The translations under genes and the position numbers were made by a program. Positions 1-9,687 of a stretch of 64,000 bases of DNA are shown here, in pieces (the stretch's first letter is position 1; each line of letters opens with the position of its first letter). Under the pieces are notes generated by a model. That model made no database searches and was not told where the DNA came from. It worked only from the letters and a program-made list of their open reading frames with translations. The stretch is taken from positions 14,033 to 78,032 of the forward strand of contig DEUB01000042.1 of assembly GCA_002362385.1 (NCBI GenBank). The letters run 5' to 3'. The DNA is from Lachnospiraceae bacterium UBA3273 (lineage in GTDB: Bacteria; Bacillota; Clostridia; Lachnospirales; Lachnospiraceae).

Positions 1-207
1 CTCGATACCGCACTGAATCAATTGCTGTACCTGTTCTGTCAGCTCTACATTTTTTAAATTCAGGCGGCGCATCTCCTGCATCATACGTTCATATTCTGCC
101 GTACGCTCCTGCATTCTTTTCATGTCTCTGGCTTCCGCCTGACTGTTTGCTTTTATTATTTCCCCGGCATTAAACCTTTTTGCCAGTTTATCCATAAAAT
201 TATCCAC
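1..207 (-). CDS. hypothetical coiled-coil protein, 3' end runs off the window
   Basis: GTG at 207 preceded by GGAGGGG RBS; open frame MDNFMDKLAKRFNAGEIIKANSQAEARDMKRMQERTAEYE... to position 1; absent from ORF track. Confidence 0.75.
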   Translation of the reverse strand, partial: MDNFMDKLAKRFNAGEIIKANSQAEARDMKRMQERTAEYERMMQEMRRLNLKNVELTEQVQQLIQCGIE

Positions 208-456
208 AATGATCCCCTCCGTACCCTTCTCACGCGGTGTTTCATACGGTGTATATGTATCGTTTTTATTTTATCATGTATTATTTTCTTTTACAACCTC
301 CCCCTTTTTGACATATACCCGCATCTTTTTTGTTAAAATTGCACAGTAAAATATTCAATTTCTTTATTTCATTGTTAATATTAACTATTTTTTCACTCCT
401 TGTTCATAATTTATTCATATTTGTAGATTAATATAAATTTATAAACAACGAACGAC

Positions 457-553
457 GTAATGTTTATCATTACAGACATAGATAAATTTTTTCATAATAG
501 CCCGGGTGCCGAAAGGTGCCTGGGCACTCCTCATTTTAGAGGGAGTTTGTATT
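457..553 (+). ncRNA. candidate small structured RNA (three hairpins, last one terminator-like)
   Basis: GTAATG/CATTAC stem 457-473; 11-bp stem with GAAA tetraloop 500-525 containing three G-U pairs on + strand; stem 526-546 followed by TTGTATT. Confidence 0.3.
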
Positions 554-583
554 AGAATTTTGTTGGCGTTGGAAGCAGGAAGG

Positions 584-800
584 TAAATATATAAGGGCTG
601 TACGAGGGGCTTTTTGTCGCAAAAATATATTTTTTCAGGAACTTAGTTTACACTCTTTAGAGTGCTTGCGCTCCGACAAAGGACGTAGCAGCACATAAGA
701 TTGCAAACTACGCAATCTAAGTGCTGACGCCTTTGTTAGGGTTCCTTCATTAAATATATTTTTGCGACAAAAAGCCCCTCGTACAGCCCTTATATATTTA
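584..800. mobile_element. MITE-like / palindromic repeat element with perfect 49-bp terminal inverted repeats
   Basis: 584-632 is the exact reverse complement of 752-800; interior has extra stems; begins and ends with TA; no coding capacity supported. Confidence 0.6.
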
Positions 801-870
801 ACCACCCGCTCCCGGCACAAACAGAACTTTAATATAAGTGACAGGCAGCCTGAGGAATGGAAAAAATTCA

Positions 871-1587
871 TCAGACCACGGCGCTCCGGGTCCCGGGCAA
901 AGAAGTCTGTCCGTTTTCCGCCGCCTTTTCTTTTTCTTCTGCCGCCTGGTCCGCAAGCTTCTGCACTTCTTTATTTAAGGAAAGCATCTTGGAGTCCAGA
1001 TTGGATACCATATTAGCGCATTCGATCAATTCCTTTTTGATATGCTCCGGAACGTTTCCCTCAAATTTGTAATGAATCTTATGCTCAAGGCTTGCCCAGA
1101 AATCCATTGCAACTGTCCGGATCTGGATCTCCACTTTTGTGTCTACGATCCTGTCAGATAAAAAAATCGGAATCGTGATCAGTAAATGGTAGCTCTTATA
1201 GCCGCTGGGCTTGGGATTCTGGATATAATCCTTTACGGAGATGACCCGAATATCATTTTGTTTGATCAGCATTTCTGCAATTCTGTAAATATCGGAAATA
1301 AAAGAGCAGATGACCCTGATGCCCGCAATATCATTTACATGCTCCACCATATTTGCGATCGTCGATTCATAATGGTTCTTTTTTAATTTTTTAACAATGC
1401 TCTGCGGAGTCTTGATCCGCGACTTGATATGTTCAATGGGATTGTATTGGTGCACGTGTTGAAATTCGTCGTTCAGGATCTCTAACTTGGTCCCCACTTC
1501 CTTTAAGGCCGAATTATATATTAAAACAACCTCTTCCCAACTTTGTATATCATTTTCTTTTTCAACCTTTAGTTCCAAAAGCCTCAC
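871..1587 (-). CDS. small alarmone synthetase / GTP pyrophosphokinase family protein (RelA_SpoT domain)
   Basis: motifs RIKTPQSI.KK, DIAGIR, GYKSYH, EIQIRT.AMDFWASLEH; alternative TTG start at 1578. Confidence 0.9.
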   Translation of the reverse strand: MRLLELKVEKENDIQSWEEVVLIYNSALKEVGTKLEILNDEFQHVHQYNPIEHIKSRIKTPQSIVKKLKKNHYESTIANMVEHVNDIAGIRVICSFISDIYRIAEMLIKQNDIRVISVKDYIQNPKPSGYKSYHLLITIPIFLSDRIVDTKVEIQIRTVAMDFWASLEHKIHYKFEGNVPEHIKKELIECANMVSNLDSKMLSLNKEVQKLADQAAEEKEKAAENGQTSLPGTRSAVV

Positions 1588-1762
1588 CTCTGTTGCTGAT
1601 TTTACAAGAACATTTTACCATATTTCTTCCGTTTATGCACAAATTTGACATAAATTTTACCGTTTTTTCATTTTTAGTTTGCTGTTGTCCGCATATTCAG
1701 GCTCTGCTATAATATCCCTAGCAAATATATCCGTGTTCTCGGGCACGCAGAAAGGAGCGCCT

Positions 1763-2029
1763 ATGTTTCGTTTGTGGGGCAAGATCTGGAAAGACAACCA
1801 CCTGTTAAAGGATACCGTATTTGAAGAAGACAGTACGGATACAAGGACCCATAAAATCTTCCGGGGGCTGGAAGAAATCTGCTATGAATTCGATTTGGGC
1901 AAGCCGATCTGGCTGGATAAAACCATCTCAGAATTCAAACGTCACGACAAGGCAAGATTTTCCCAGGATAATTTTATAGAAGAAATCCCCTTCGATTATC
2001 TGGAAATACAGATCATTGAAGAAGATTGA
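1763..2029 (+). CDS. conserved hypothetical protein
   Basis: AAAGGAG RBS before ATG 1763; MFRLWGKIWKDNHLLKD... Confidence 0.8.
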   Translation: MFRLWGKIWKDNHLLKDTVFEEDSTDTRTHKIFRGLEEICYEFDLGKPIWLDKTISEFKRHDKARFSQDNFIEEIPFDYLEIQIIEED

Positions 2030-2139
2030 TCTTCATCTTATGCATAAAACAATTGACACTTGAAATAATATGTTGTAACATCATTATATCAGAACATAGT
2101 TTTTAAAACTACATGATAAGTTTTCAAGGAGGTCATATT

Positions 2140-2790
2140 ATGCATAATATATCGATTCGTGAACCCGGAAGTGCCATTACACATTTTATTGCCATGATAC
2201 TCGCCATGGGAAGCGCCATTCCCTTATTGATCAAAGCAGCGGAGTTTGGCACCCTTTCCGTCATTGCCATGTTCGTTTTTATCGGCAGCATGGTTTTGCT
2301 GTATGGCGCCAGCGCAACTTATCATTCCATCAATGTTGCACCCAATATCATAAAGATTTTCAGGAAGATCGACCACATGATGATCTTCATCATGATCGCC
2401 GGTTCCTACACTCCCGTCTGCCTTTTGGTTCTGGATAAATATACCGGCAGCCGGATGCTGGCAGCAGTATGGGGCGTTGCCCTTTTGGGTATTTTGATCA
2501 AAGCGCTCTGGATTACCTGTCCCAAATGGTTTTCTTCCATTCTTTACATTGGAATGGGATGGATCTGTATCAGCGCCATCAAGCCCATTATCCATACCTT
2601 ATCCCTGTCGGCATTTATGTGGCTTCTCGCCGGAGGCCTTCTGTATACCGTGGGAGGCGTGATCTACGCCTTAAAACTGAAGGTATTTAACGAAAAGCAC
2701 GCCGGCTTCGGTTCTCATGAGATATTCCACCTGTTCATTATGGCGGGAAGCTTCTGCCACTTTATCTTCATGTATCAATATGTGATCTGA
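2140..2790 (+). CDS. hemolysin III / PAQR family membrane protein
   Basis: AGGAGG RBS; about 7 TM; motifs S..YH, DH..IF..IAGSYTP, HEIFH. Confidence 0.9.
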   Translation: MHNISIREPGSAITHFIAMILAMGSAIPLLIKAAEFGTLSVIAMFVFIGSMVLLYGASATYHSINVAPNIIKIFRKIDHMMIFIMIAGSYTPVCLLVLDKYTGSRMLAAVWGVALLGILIKALWITCPKWFSSILYIGMGWICISAIKPIIHTLSLSAFMWLLAGGLLYTVGGVIYALKLKVFNEKHAGFGSHEIFHLFIMAGSFCHFIFMYQYVI

Positions 2791-4017
2791 TCATAATACC
2801 ATACCGTTTTTCTTTAAGAGTTCCCTCGCTGTCTCAACGCTGTCCACACCTGTGGCGTTTTTGATAGGAGCGAACTCTTTTTCTCTGACTACTTCAAAAG
2901 GCAGGCAGCTTTCCAGTTCATGGATCATATCGAGCACCAGCTGCTCAAATTTATAGCCGTTTGGCTCCTGCGGCTTTATTTCATTCCCGTTTTCATCCAG
3001 ACAATTGATTTTCTTCTCCACGATATGGAGACAGAGCTTGCGGGACATAATGCGCTCCAATGCGGATACGGAAAACAGATAATTTAAGATAACTCCAAAA
3101 TTATAGGCATATTCGCCTTTTTCATTGCGTTCCTCCTTCATCTGTTCCGTCAGCTCATAATACTCCACAATAGAAGGTCTGCCATCCTCTAAGCACATAA
3201 CGCCCACTTTTTCGTCTGGCGCCGCCTTACGCACTACTTTCGCCCCTACTTCCACAGCGCTGTCAATGGAAGCCCCTATAAAAACGGGATCCGCGATTTT
3301 CTGCAAAACATTATCCACTGCAAAAATGTTCAGCCATTCAATGCCGATCTCATGGATCTTATCGACCAGCCCGTTTCTGGCAAGCGAGACAAACCAGCCC
3401 CCGTTTCCGTTGGGGGAGGTTGAAATCTTGCTCTTTGTCTCCAAAAACACTTTTCCTTCAAAATCCACTGCAGGCGCCATTTCCTGTTTAAAAAACCATA
3501 CCATGTCTTTCCGATATCCGAAAAAATCATGTTCCTTAAAAAACTCCGTCGTTCTCTCATGGTTTTTGTCACTGGTCATGATAAACAAAGGCACCCATGC
3601 GTCCGCCTTCTTTACCACATCCAAAAGGTTATTGATTAAGCATTCAAAAATGTATAAATCTTTTGTCAGGCCTATATTATAAACGCCCTTTGGCTCGTCG
3701 CTGCCAAGACGGGTTCCCATTCCGCCGGCTAAAAGCACGGCGCCAACCTTTTGCTTTTGTATGGCGGAAAGCCCCAGGTCTTCAAAACGGGACCTTTTCT
3801 TTTCAATCTCGTCTATTTCCATGGAAACAATGGGAGTGATTTTTCCTCTTTCCGTTCCGCTTTCCCTGTGGTTTAAATTTTTCACTACAGAAAAATCCGT
3901 CCCGTCTATCTGTTCAAGCAGTTCCTTTTGTCTCCCGTCGTCCAGTTCTCCATAATATTTTAACAAATGCGTCTGATCATAAACCGCTAATTTTTCTAAA
4001 GCCTGATTGTAATCCAA
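2791..4017 (-). CDS. UDP-N-acetylglucosamine/UDP-sugar pyrophosphorylase (UDPGP family)
   Basis: LLAGGMGTRLG, SPNGNGG, KFE motifs; TTG start at 4017 after AAAGGAG. Confidence 0.88.
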   Translation of the reverse strand: MDYNQALEKLAVYDQTHLLKYYGELDDGRQKELLEQIDGTDFSVVKNLNHRESGTERGKITPIVSMEIDEIEKKRSRFEDLGLSAIQKQKVGAVLLAGGMGTRLGSDEPKGVYNIGLTKDLYIFECLINNLLDVVKKADAWVPLFIMTSDKNHERTTEFFKEHDFFGYRKDMVWFFKQEMAPAVDFEGKVFLETKSKISTSPNGNGGWFVSLARNGLVDKIHEIGIEWLNIFAVDNVLQKIADPVFIGASIDSAVEVGAKVVRKAAPDEKVGVMCLEDGRPSIVEYYELTEQMKEERNEKGEYAYNFGVILNYLFSVSALERIMSRKLCLHIVEKKINCLDENGNEIKPQEPNGYKFEQLVLDMIHELESCLPFEVVREKEFAPIKNATGVDSVETARELLKKNGMVL

Positions 4018-4187
4018 TGCCCATTCTCCTTTCACTGCCGCCCGGATCATAATGGGGCGCCGCACATAATTCTGCAGATATCCTATATGCTTCTGACAAT
4101 TTCTGCACTTCTTACCGTTTATACAGCCAGTATACCACAATCTTCCATATCTTTACCATATTCGAGAACAAAATGCTATTTTATTTA

Positions 4188-5117
4188 TTATAAATCTAAA
4201 GACAGCTTTTCAAAAAAATCACTTTTCCCCAGATGTTCTTCCTTGTATTTCATCAGAAACGCTTTCATCTGGGGATGTTCCCCGCCTAAATCCAACAGCA
4301 TTCCGTCAAAATTATCCGTCGTCAGACATCCCAGATCCGCAAAGAGGGAAATATATTCCATATCCTCCCCATGCTCTTCCTTTAACACCAGCCAGGTTTC
4401 CTCGCTTTCACAGCCCTTGGTATGGGAAAGCAGATAATCGGTCAATTCCCTTCGGTTATCATCTGCTAATTTCTTATCATATAAAAGTCTCAAAAACGCC
4501 ACCCTGACTTTTCTCTTTCTCTTTTGTTCCAGAAAATACTCCAGATTGTTTTCCCTGCTGCCGTAATCCTCTTCCCCGCATAAAAGCAGCTTGGTATATC
4601 CTTCCGTATCGTCCCCGTGAAGGATCGTCAGCATCCTTGCATCCCACAAAGCAAGCCATTCCTCATCATCCGCCTTCGTGGTCTGGAACAGATAAGGAGC
4701 GTCTAAAACGCCGCAGGTGGAAGCCAACAGGGAGCCAAAGCCACGGCACACCTCTTCTTCCCTGGCATTCCCGTTCTCCTTCTCCGTAAGGCAGATGCGC
4801 TTTAGGGAACTGCACTCCATAAAAAGAGATTTCCCCAGCTCATATTCTTTCCGTGAAAGATAGATTTCCTCCAAATCCCTGCAGTGGGCAAACGCCCAGT
4901 CTCCGATCCTTTCAAGGGTCTTTGGCAGATAAATCCTGTATAAACCGGAAACATTGAAAAAAGCTTTCTTTTCAATAGCAGTTACCGGCAGGCCGTCTAT
5001 GTCCGTGGGAATCACAAGCTCAATTTTATTTCCCTCATAGCCGGTAATGGTCACGCTTTTTTCTGAAATTGTATAATGATACAGGGCTCCAGCCTGTTCA
5101 AACCGTTTTTCTGTCAT
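4188..5117 (-). CDS. BspA-type leucine-rich repeat domain protein
   Basis: TITGY.G, VIP..IDG.PVTAI...AF, LP.TL..IG.WAF..C..L repeats. Confidence 0.8.
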   Translation of the reverse strand: MTEKRFEQAGALYHYTISEKSVTITGYEGNKIELVIPTDIDGLPVTAIEKKAFFNVSGLYRIYLPKTLERIGDWAFAHCRDLEEIYLSRKEYELGKSLFMECSSLKRICLTEKENGNAREEEVCRGFGSLLASTCGVLDAPYLFQTTKADDEEWLALWDARMLTILHGDDTEGYTKLLLCGEEDYGSRENNLEYFLEQKRKRKVRVAFLRLLYDKKLADDNRRELTDYLLSHTKGCESEETWLVLKEEHGEDMEYISLFADLGCLTTDNFDGMLLDLGGEHPQMKAFLMKYKEEHLGKSDFFEKLSLDL

Positions 5118-5140
5118 ATAACATTACCCGCTTCATTATC

Positions 5141-6637
5141 CTACAACTTTAATTCCCTGATTTCCTGCGCCAGCTGTTCTGTTCTTTCGGACAGCATCAG
5201 CTGTTTGTTCTGCCTCTGGTAAGCCTCGCAGCCAAAAGTGGCAATGAATCTGGAAGAATCATTGTTGACCGTCAGTTCCGTTACCAGAATCAGCATTTCA
5301 TTCCCACTTGAAAAAGCCTTTTCCACAAAGTCAAACAATGCCGAAAGCCTTCTCTGGCAAAGCTCCGTATCCTGTTTCATCCTGCTTACTTCTTCATCAA
5401 AACGGGATTTGATCAGGGCAAATACCTGGTCTGTAGAAGTCTGTTTACCCGTAACCGCTTCTTTCTTGCACCTTTCAAGAAAATGAAGGATTCTTTTATG
5501 CCTCTTTTTATCCGCCGGGGAAAGGGAACCGCCTTTTGCCAGATTCTGCATGATTTTTTCCCTTGCCTGTATCTGTTTATCCAGCATGGAAAGCCCGTCT
5601 TCCGCGTCCTTTACCGCCCTTAAGGGAGCCATCATATCCTGCAGATATGCTCCTGTTTCCATATTCTCCTTTATATCAGCAAGCATTTTATCCATAAGCA
5701 TGCCAAGTAGGGAGAGCCGCTCGTCGAAGGGCGCTTCCTCTGCTTTTTTCACAATCGTCTCCGTTACCGTTCCGCCTAAAATCTCATCCACATGATAATC
5801 CTTTTTATATTTCTGGTAAAGGTCGTAATACGCCCCGAATTCCTTTACGATCTTATCATTGCGGATATACTGTCCTATAAGGGCTTCGGATACGGAAAGC
5901 TTTTCCTCCTCATAGAGATATAAAATCTGGGAAAGATCCTCCCATCCCCTTGCGGTCACATAAAGCCTGCCTTTAACCGTTGTCTCAATATGATAAAAAT
6001 ATTCTTTCTTCAGTTCCAGAAAGCTTACGATGGCTCCGTGAATACCCATTTCCCTGGCATAGGTCTTCCATGCGTCGTAATCCGCTTCTACCTCCAGCAC
6101 CTTTAATCGGTCCATGGTAACCACATCGAACTCCCTGACGGATTTGTTATATTCCGGCGGATTACCGGCAGTAACAATGATCCAGCCTTCGGGAACCCTG
6201 TGCTTTCCAAAGGTTTTGTACTGCAAAAACTGCAGCATGGAGGGCGCAAGGGTCTCTGACACACAGTTAATCTCATCCAGAAACAGGATTCCCTCCTTGA
6301 TGCCGCTGCCTTCCATAGCCTCGTATACGGAAGCAATGATTTCACTCATAGTATATTCCGAAACCTGAAATTTTTCTCCTTCGTATTCCTTCTTTGTAAT
6401 ATAAGGAAGTCCCAGGGCGGACTGCCTTGTATGATGGGTCATGGAGTAGGACACCAGCGCAATGGAAAGTTCCGACGCCACCTGCTCCATGATAGCTGTT
6501 TTACCGATGCCGGGCGCCCCCAGGAGAAAAATAGGCCTCTGTCTGACTACCGGTATTCGGTATTCGCCGAATTCATCCTTCTTCAAATATAATCTGACGG
6601 AATCCTTAATATAATCCTTCGCCTGTCTGATATTCAT
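5141..6637 (-). CDS. MoxR-like AAA+ ATPase (AAA_5)
   Basis: Walker A GAPGIGKT, Walker B LFLDE, TAGNP; start ATG 6637. Confidence 0.88.
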   Translation of the reverse strand: MNIRQAKDYIKDSVRLYLKKDEFGEYRIPVVRQRPIFLLGAPGIGKTAIMEQVASELSIALVSYSMTHHTRQSALGLPYITKKEYEGEKFQVSEYTMSEIIASVYEAMEGSGIKEGILFLDEINCVSETLAPSMLQFLQYKTFGKHRVPEGWIIVTAGNPPEYNKSVREFDVVTMDRLKVLEVEADYDAWKTYAREMGIHGAIVSFLELKKEYFYHIETTVKGRLYVTARGWEDLSQILYLYEEEKLSVSEALIGQYIRNDKIVKEFGAYYDLYQKYKKDYHVDEILGGTVTETIVKKAEEAPFDERLSLLGMLMDKMLADIKENMETGAYLQDMMAPLRAVKDAEDGLSMLDKQIQAREKIMQNLAKGGSLSPADKKRHKRILHFLERCKKEAVTGKQTSTDQVFALIKSRFDEEVSRMKQDTELCQRRLSALFDFVEKAFSSGNEMLILVTELTVNNDSSRFIATFGCEAYQRQNKQLMLSERTEQLAQEIRELKL

Positions 6638-8051
6638 CTTCTTTCTCCTTTTCCTCAAATGCTTCTATTTCCGGTTCTCCAAGCACAACCTGAATCGCCC
6701 AGACCGGAACCCGGGGCTTTTTATCATCCTCATTCAGGAACACAAATATTGTATCATAATCCGGCATTCTGTCCGGATAAATCCCATAGCCGTCGGTAAA
6801 ATAAATTAATCCCTTGAGATTTTCAAACTCTCCTTTTAAAATCTGCTCATCCACATAATCAAATACCGGGCGGAAATCCGTAGAACCGAAGCCCTTTAAT
6901 TTTCCCGATGCAAGAAAGGCGTCAAAGTCCTCATCACAGGTAATTTTCGTATCCGACTGCACCTCCATATCGCACTGGATGATGTGCACGTTTACTTTGT
7001 GGAAAAAGCTTTCGCTCTGCTTTAAAATAGAATAGGTCTTCCGCAAAAACGCCTGCACCAGCGGGCCTCTGCAGGACGCGGAGGTGTCGATCGCAATGAC
7101 AAACTCCTTGACCTTCTTCACGTCTTTATATTCCAAAGGCTCCACCAAAGGCATATTACCGTAGGTGGAAAGTCCGTAGGTATAATAGATATAGTCAAAT
7201 TCCTCGTCGTTGACGGACATATCCTCCGAAAGCTGGGTAAAACGGCTCAAAATATCGCTGTAATCATATCGTTCCTTAGTAGCCTCCCCCAGATTGGCAG
7301 AAAGGCTTTCCGATTTGGATTTGTTTTTGGAAAAGCTCTTTAAATCCGCCTTGACCCGTTCGCTGATCCTTTGAAACTGCTCCTGCCCTATGGTCATTTC
7401 CTCTTTCACATTCCACGTCACATGCTCATCCACATGGCTTAAGGAGACCAGTTCCTTTCTTTCATCCGGCTTCAGGGAATTCTTTTGCAGATAGCGGTAA
7501 ATGTGCTCCGCCGTAAAAGGAACCTTTTTCTTTTTTTCCACATCGCTTTGTCCCGTCTGGTTCCACGAAACCCGCCTTGCATACTCCTCGGCGCTCCCTT
7601 TGCCGTTCATGTGATCTTTAAGATTCCTGACAGCTTCCAAAAGTCTGTCATCCTTCTTCATGGCAGCGCTGTGTATGCCAAGCTCCAAAATGGTATTTTC
7701 CACCGCCAGGTCAACCGCCAAATCCCAGTTAGCTTTATCTAATTTCCCGTATTGGTAGCTGTGATAAAAAATGCAATGAAACAGCATATGAAGATACATC
7801 CTTACTGCAAATGCCGGTTCCCTTTCATAATGCTTTAAAAGCCACACCGGGTCATAATACAGTTTCACTCCGTCCGTAGCCGCACCGCCCATGCCGATCC
7901 GCTGCTCCCCGGTCAAAGCGGAAACCGCCACATCCAGAAAGCGCATGTTCACTACAATGCTGTCGGAGGCAAGCTTCATGATATGGGACGCAAGGCTTTT
8001 TATTTTATTCAGTTGTTTGGTTTCTTCTGTTGTTAAATTCAAATCTGACAT
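6606..8051 (-). CDS. VWA-like domain protein with DUF2201-type N-terminus
   Basis: ATDG..LYY motif, H...H motif (HMLFH), MIDAS DTSAS, G.GSTDFRP, YFTDG. Confidence 0.85.
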   Translation of the reverse strand: MSDLNLTTEETKQLNKIKSLASHIMKLASDSIVVNMRFLDVAVSALTGEQRIGMGGAATDGVKLYYDPVWLLKHYEREPAFAVRMYLHMLFHCIFYHSYQYGKLDKANWDLAVDLAVENTILELGIHSAAMKKDDRLLEAVRNLKDHMNGKGSAEEYARRVSWNQTGQSDVEKKKKVPFTAEHIYRYLQKNSLKPDERKELVSLSHVDEHVTWNVKEEMTIGQEQFQRISERVKADLKSFSKNKSKSESLSANLGEATKERYDYSDILSRFTQLSEDMSVNDEEFDYIYYTYGLSTYGNMPLVEPLEYKDVKKVKEFVIAIDTSASCRGPLVQAFLRKTYSILKQSESFFHKVNVHIIQCDMEVQSDTKITCDEDFDAFLASGKLKGFGSTDFRPVFDYVDEQILKGEFENLKGLIYFTDGYGIYPDRMPDYDTIFVFLNEDDKKPRVPVWAIQVVLGEPEIEAFEEKEKEDEYQTGEGLY

Positions 8052-8226
8052 ATTTTGCCCGCTCTGCCTCGACTGTTTTCTTTACATTTATGTGGATAAA
8101 TCACTAAAATATTCTTAACAATTATAGCTGTTTACTGGTACAAAGGCAATACATATGGTAATATCAGATCATTAGTTATAATCTTCTTATTTAGAATATA
8201 AATTTGAATACAATGAGGACTTCTTC

Positions 8227-8967
8227 ATGAACCGACAACTCAATTCCAACCATTTAAAGTTAATCGCTATTTTTGCAATGACCATCGACCATATCGCAGA
8301 TTTATTATATCCCGGTTTTCCAAACGATCCCGTTGCTATTATCCTGCATCTCATAGGCCGTTTGACCGCTCCTATTATGTGGTTTTTTATCTGCGAGGGA
8401 TTTTATTATACAAGAAATTTAAAGAAATATTTACAAAGAATGTTTGTATTTGCGATCATCTCACATCTTGCCTATTGTTTTGCATTCGGAATCGATTATA
8501 TTCCCTTTCGCAGCGGCGTCTTTAACCAGACAAGCGTGATCTGGCCCCTGTTCTTTGGCATTGTCGCATTATGGGTAGTAAACGGGGATAACAGACTGAA
8601 GGAATGGCAGAAATGGCTTTGTGTCATTGCAATTAATATCATTACTTTTCCTTCAGATTGGAGCTGTATCGCCGTTATGGCAATCGTGGCTATGTACGCT
8701 AACCGGGGAAATCTAAAAAAACAGATGTCGGGGATGATGTTCTGGGTTTTGGTATATGGCATTGTATCCTTCTTTTTTGTAAATAAGACCTATGCCCTTG
8801 TACAGTCGGGCGTTATTCTGGTTTATCCCTTTTTAAAACACTATAACGGCAAAAAGGGAAACGCCGGGTGGTTGAAATGGTTTTTCTATTTGTATTATCC
8901 CGCCCATTTAATAATTGTAGGTATTGTACGGCTGGCGGTTTATGGGGATATTTCATTGCTGTTTTAG
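8227..8967 (+). CDS. TraX family membrane protein
   Basis: LKLIAI..MTIDH, IGRLTAPI..FF..EG...T, FY.YYP.HL motifs. Confidence 0.85.
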   Translation: MNRQLNSNHLKLIAIFAMTIDHIADLLYPGFPNDPVAIILHLIGRLTAPIMWFFICEGFYYTRNLKKYLQRMFVFAIISHLAYCFAFGIDYIPFRSGVFNQTSVIWPLFFGIVALWVVNGDNRLKEWQKWLCVIAINIITFPSDWSCIAVMAIVAMYANRGNLKKQMSGMMFWVLVYGIVSFFFVNKTYALVQSGVILVYPFLKHYNGKKGNAGWLKWFFYLYYPAHLIIVGIVRLAVYGDISLLF

Positions 8968-9462
8968 CAAAGTTTCCAAATAATCGTCCGCTTCTTTTCT
9001 TGATCTGAAAATAACAATATTTTTATCCTTTTGATATTTTTTCAACAACTCATAGATCTGCGGCAGCTGGTCTTTGGAAAAATCCATGATCCACTGTCTG
9101 AATTCTTCATCAAATTCCGATTCCACCCAGGGCAGGTCCTCTCTCTTTTTCCCAATACGGGATCTTGCACCCGAAAGACAAACTTCTAAAGGATAATCCA
9201 GTAAAAATACCGTATCGCATTCTTTCAAACGGACCTCGAGTGTGCGCAGATAATTTCCGTCCATTATCCAGCTGTCATTGTTAAGGATTTCACGCATTCC
9301 CTTATCAAATTCTTCCCTGGAAACGTTTGTCCCGTCCGGCTTATGCCACAGCATATCCAGATAATAGAGCGGGAGTTTTGTCATATCCCTCAATTTTCTT
9401 GCAAAGGTGCTTTTTCCCGCACCGGGGCTTCCTATAATAATTATTTTTAGTATAGTTTCCAT
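8953..9462 (-). CDS. adenylate kinase-related P-loop protein (FlaR/topology modulation family)
   Basis: IIGSPGAGKSTFA, W.MDGNY. Confidence 0.85.
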   Translation of the reverse strand: METILKIIIIGSPGAGKSTFARKLRDMTKLPLYYLDMLWHKPDGTNVSREEFDKGMREILNNDSWIMDGNYLRTLEVRLKECDTVFLLDYPLEVCLSGARSRIGKKREDLPWVESEFDEEFRQWIMDFSKDQLPQIYELLKKYQKDKNIVIFRSRKEADDYLETLLKQQ

Positions 9463-9687
9463 TTTTAAATTCTCTTTCTATCAACAAAGCAACATAATAT
9501 ATTACAAATCGTAAGCAATAACATAGCATAATTAACTTATCAATTCAACAACATTATGTTCATATATGACGGTATCACTATATGAAATCCTTATTTTCAG
9601 TAGAATTGTATATGTATATATGCTAAAATGAATAAAATTGTATCATTCAACAAAAATTTCAGTAATGACTTTCTCGGAGGTATGTAT

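Noticed and set aside
329-390. TTGTTAA-containing sites as Rex boxes (also 22502-22520 upstream of fucO)
   Set aside because: Second half-sites and spacing do not match TTGTTAA-N4-TTAACAA
8227-8967. TraX as evidence of a conjugative element
   Set aside because: No relaxase, T4SS, coupling protein or integrase in the window; TraX-family membrane proteins are common as standalone chromosomal genes
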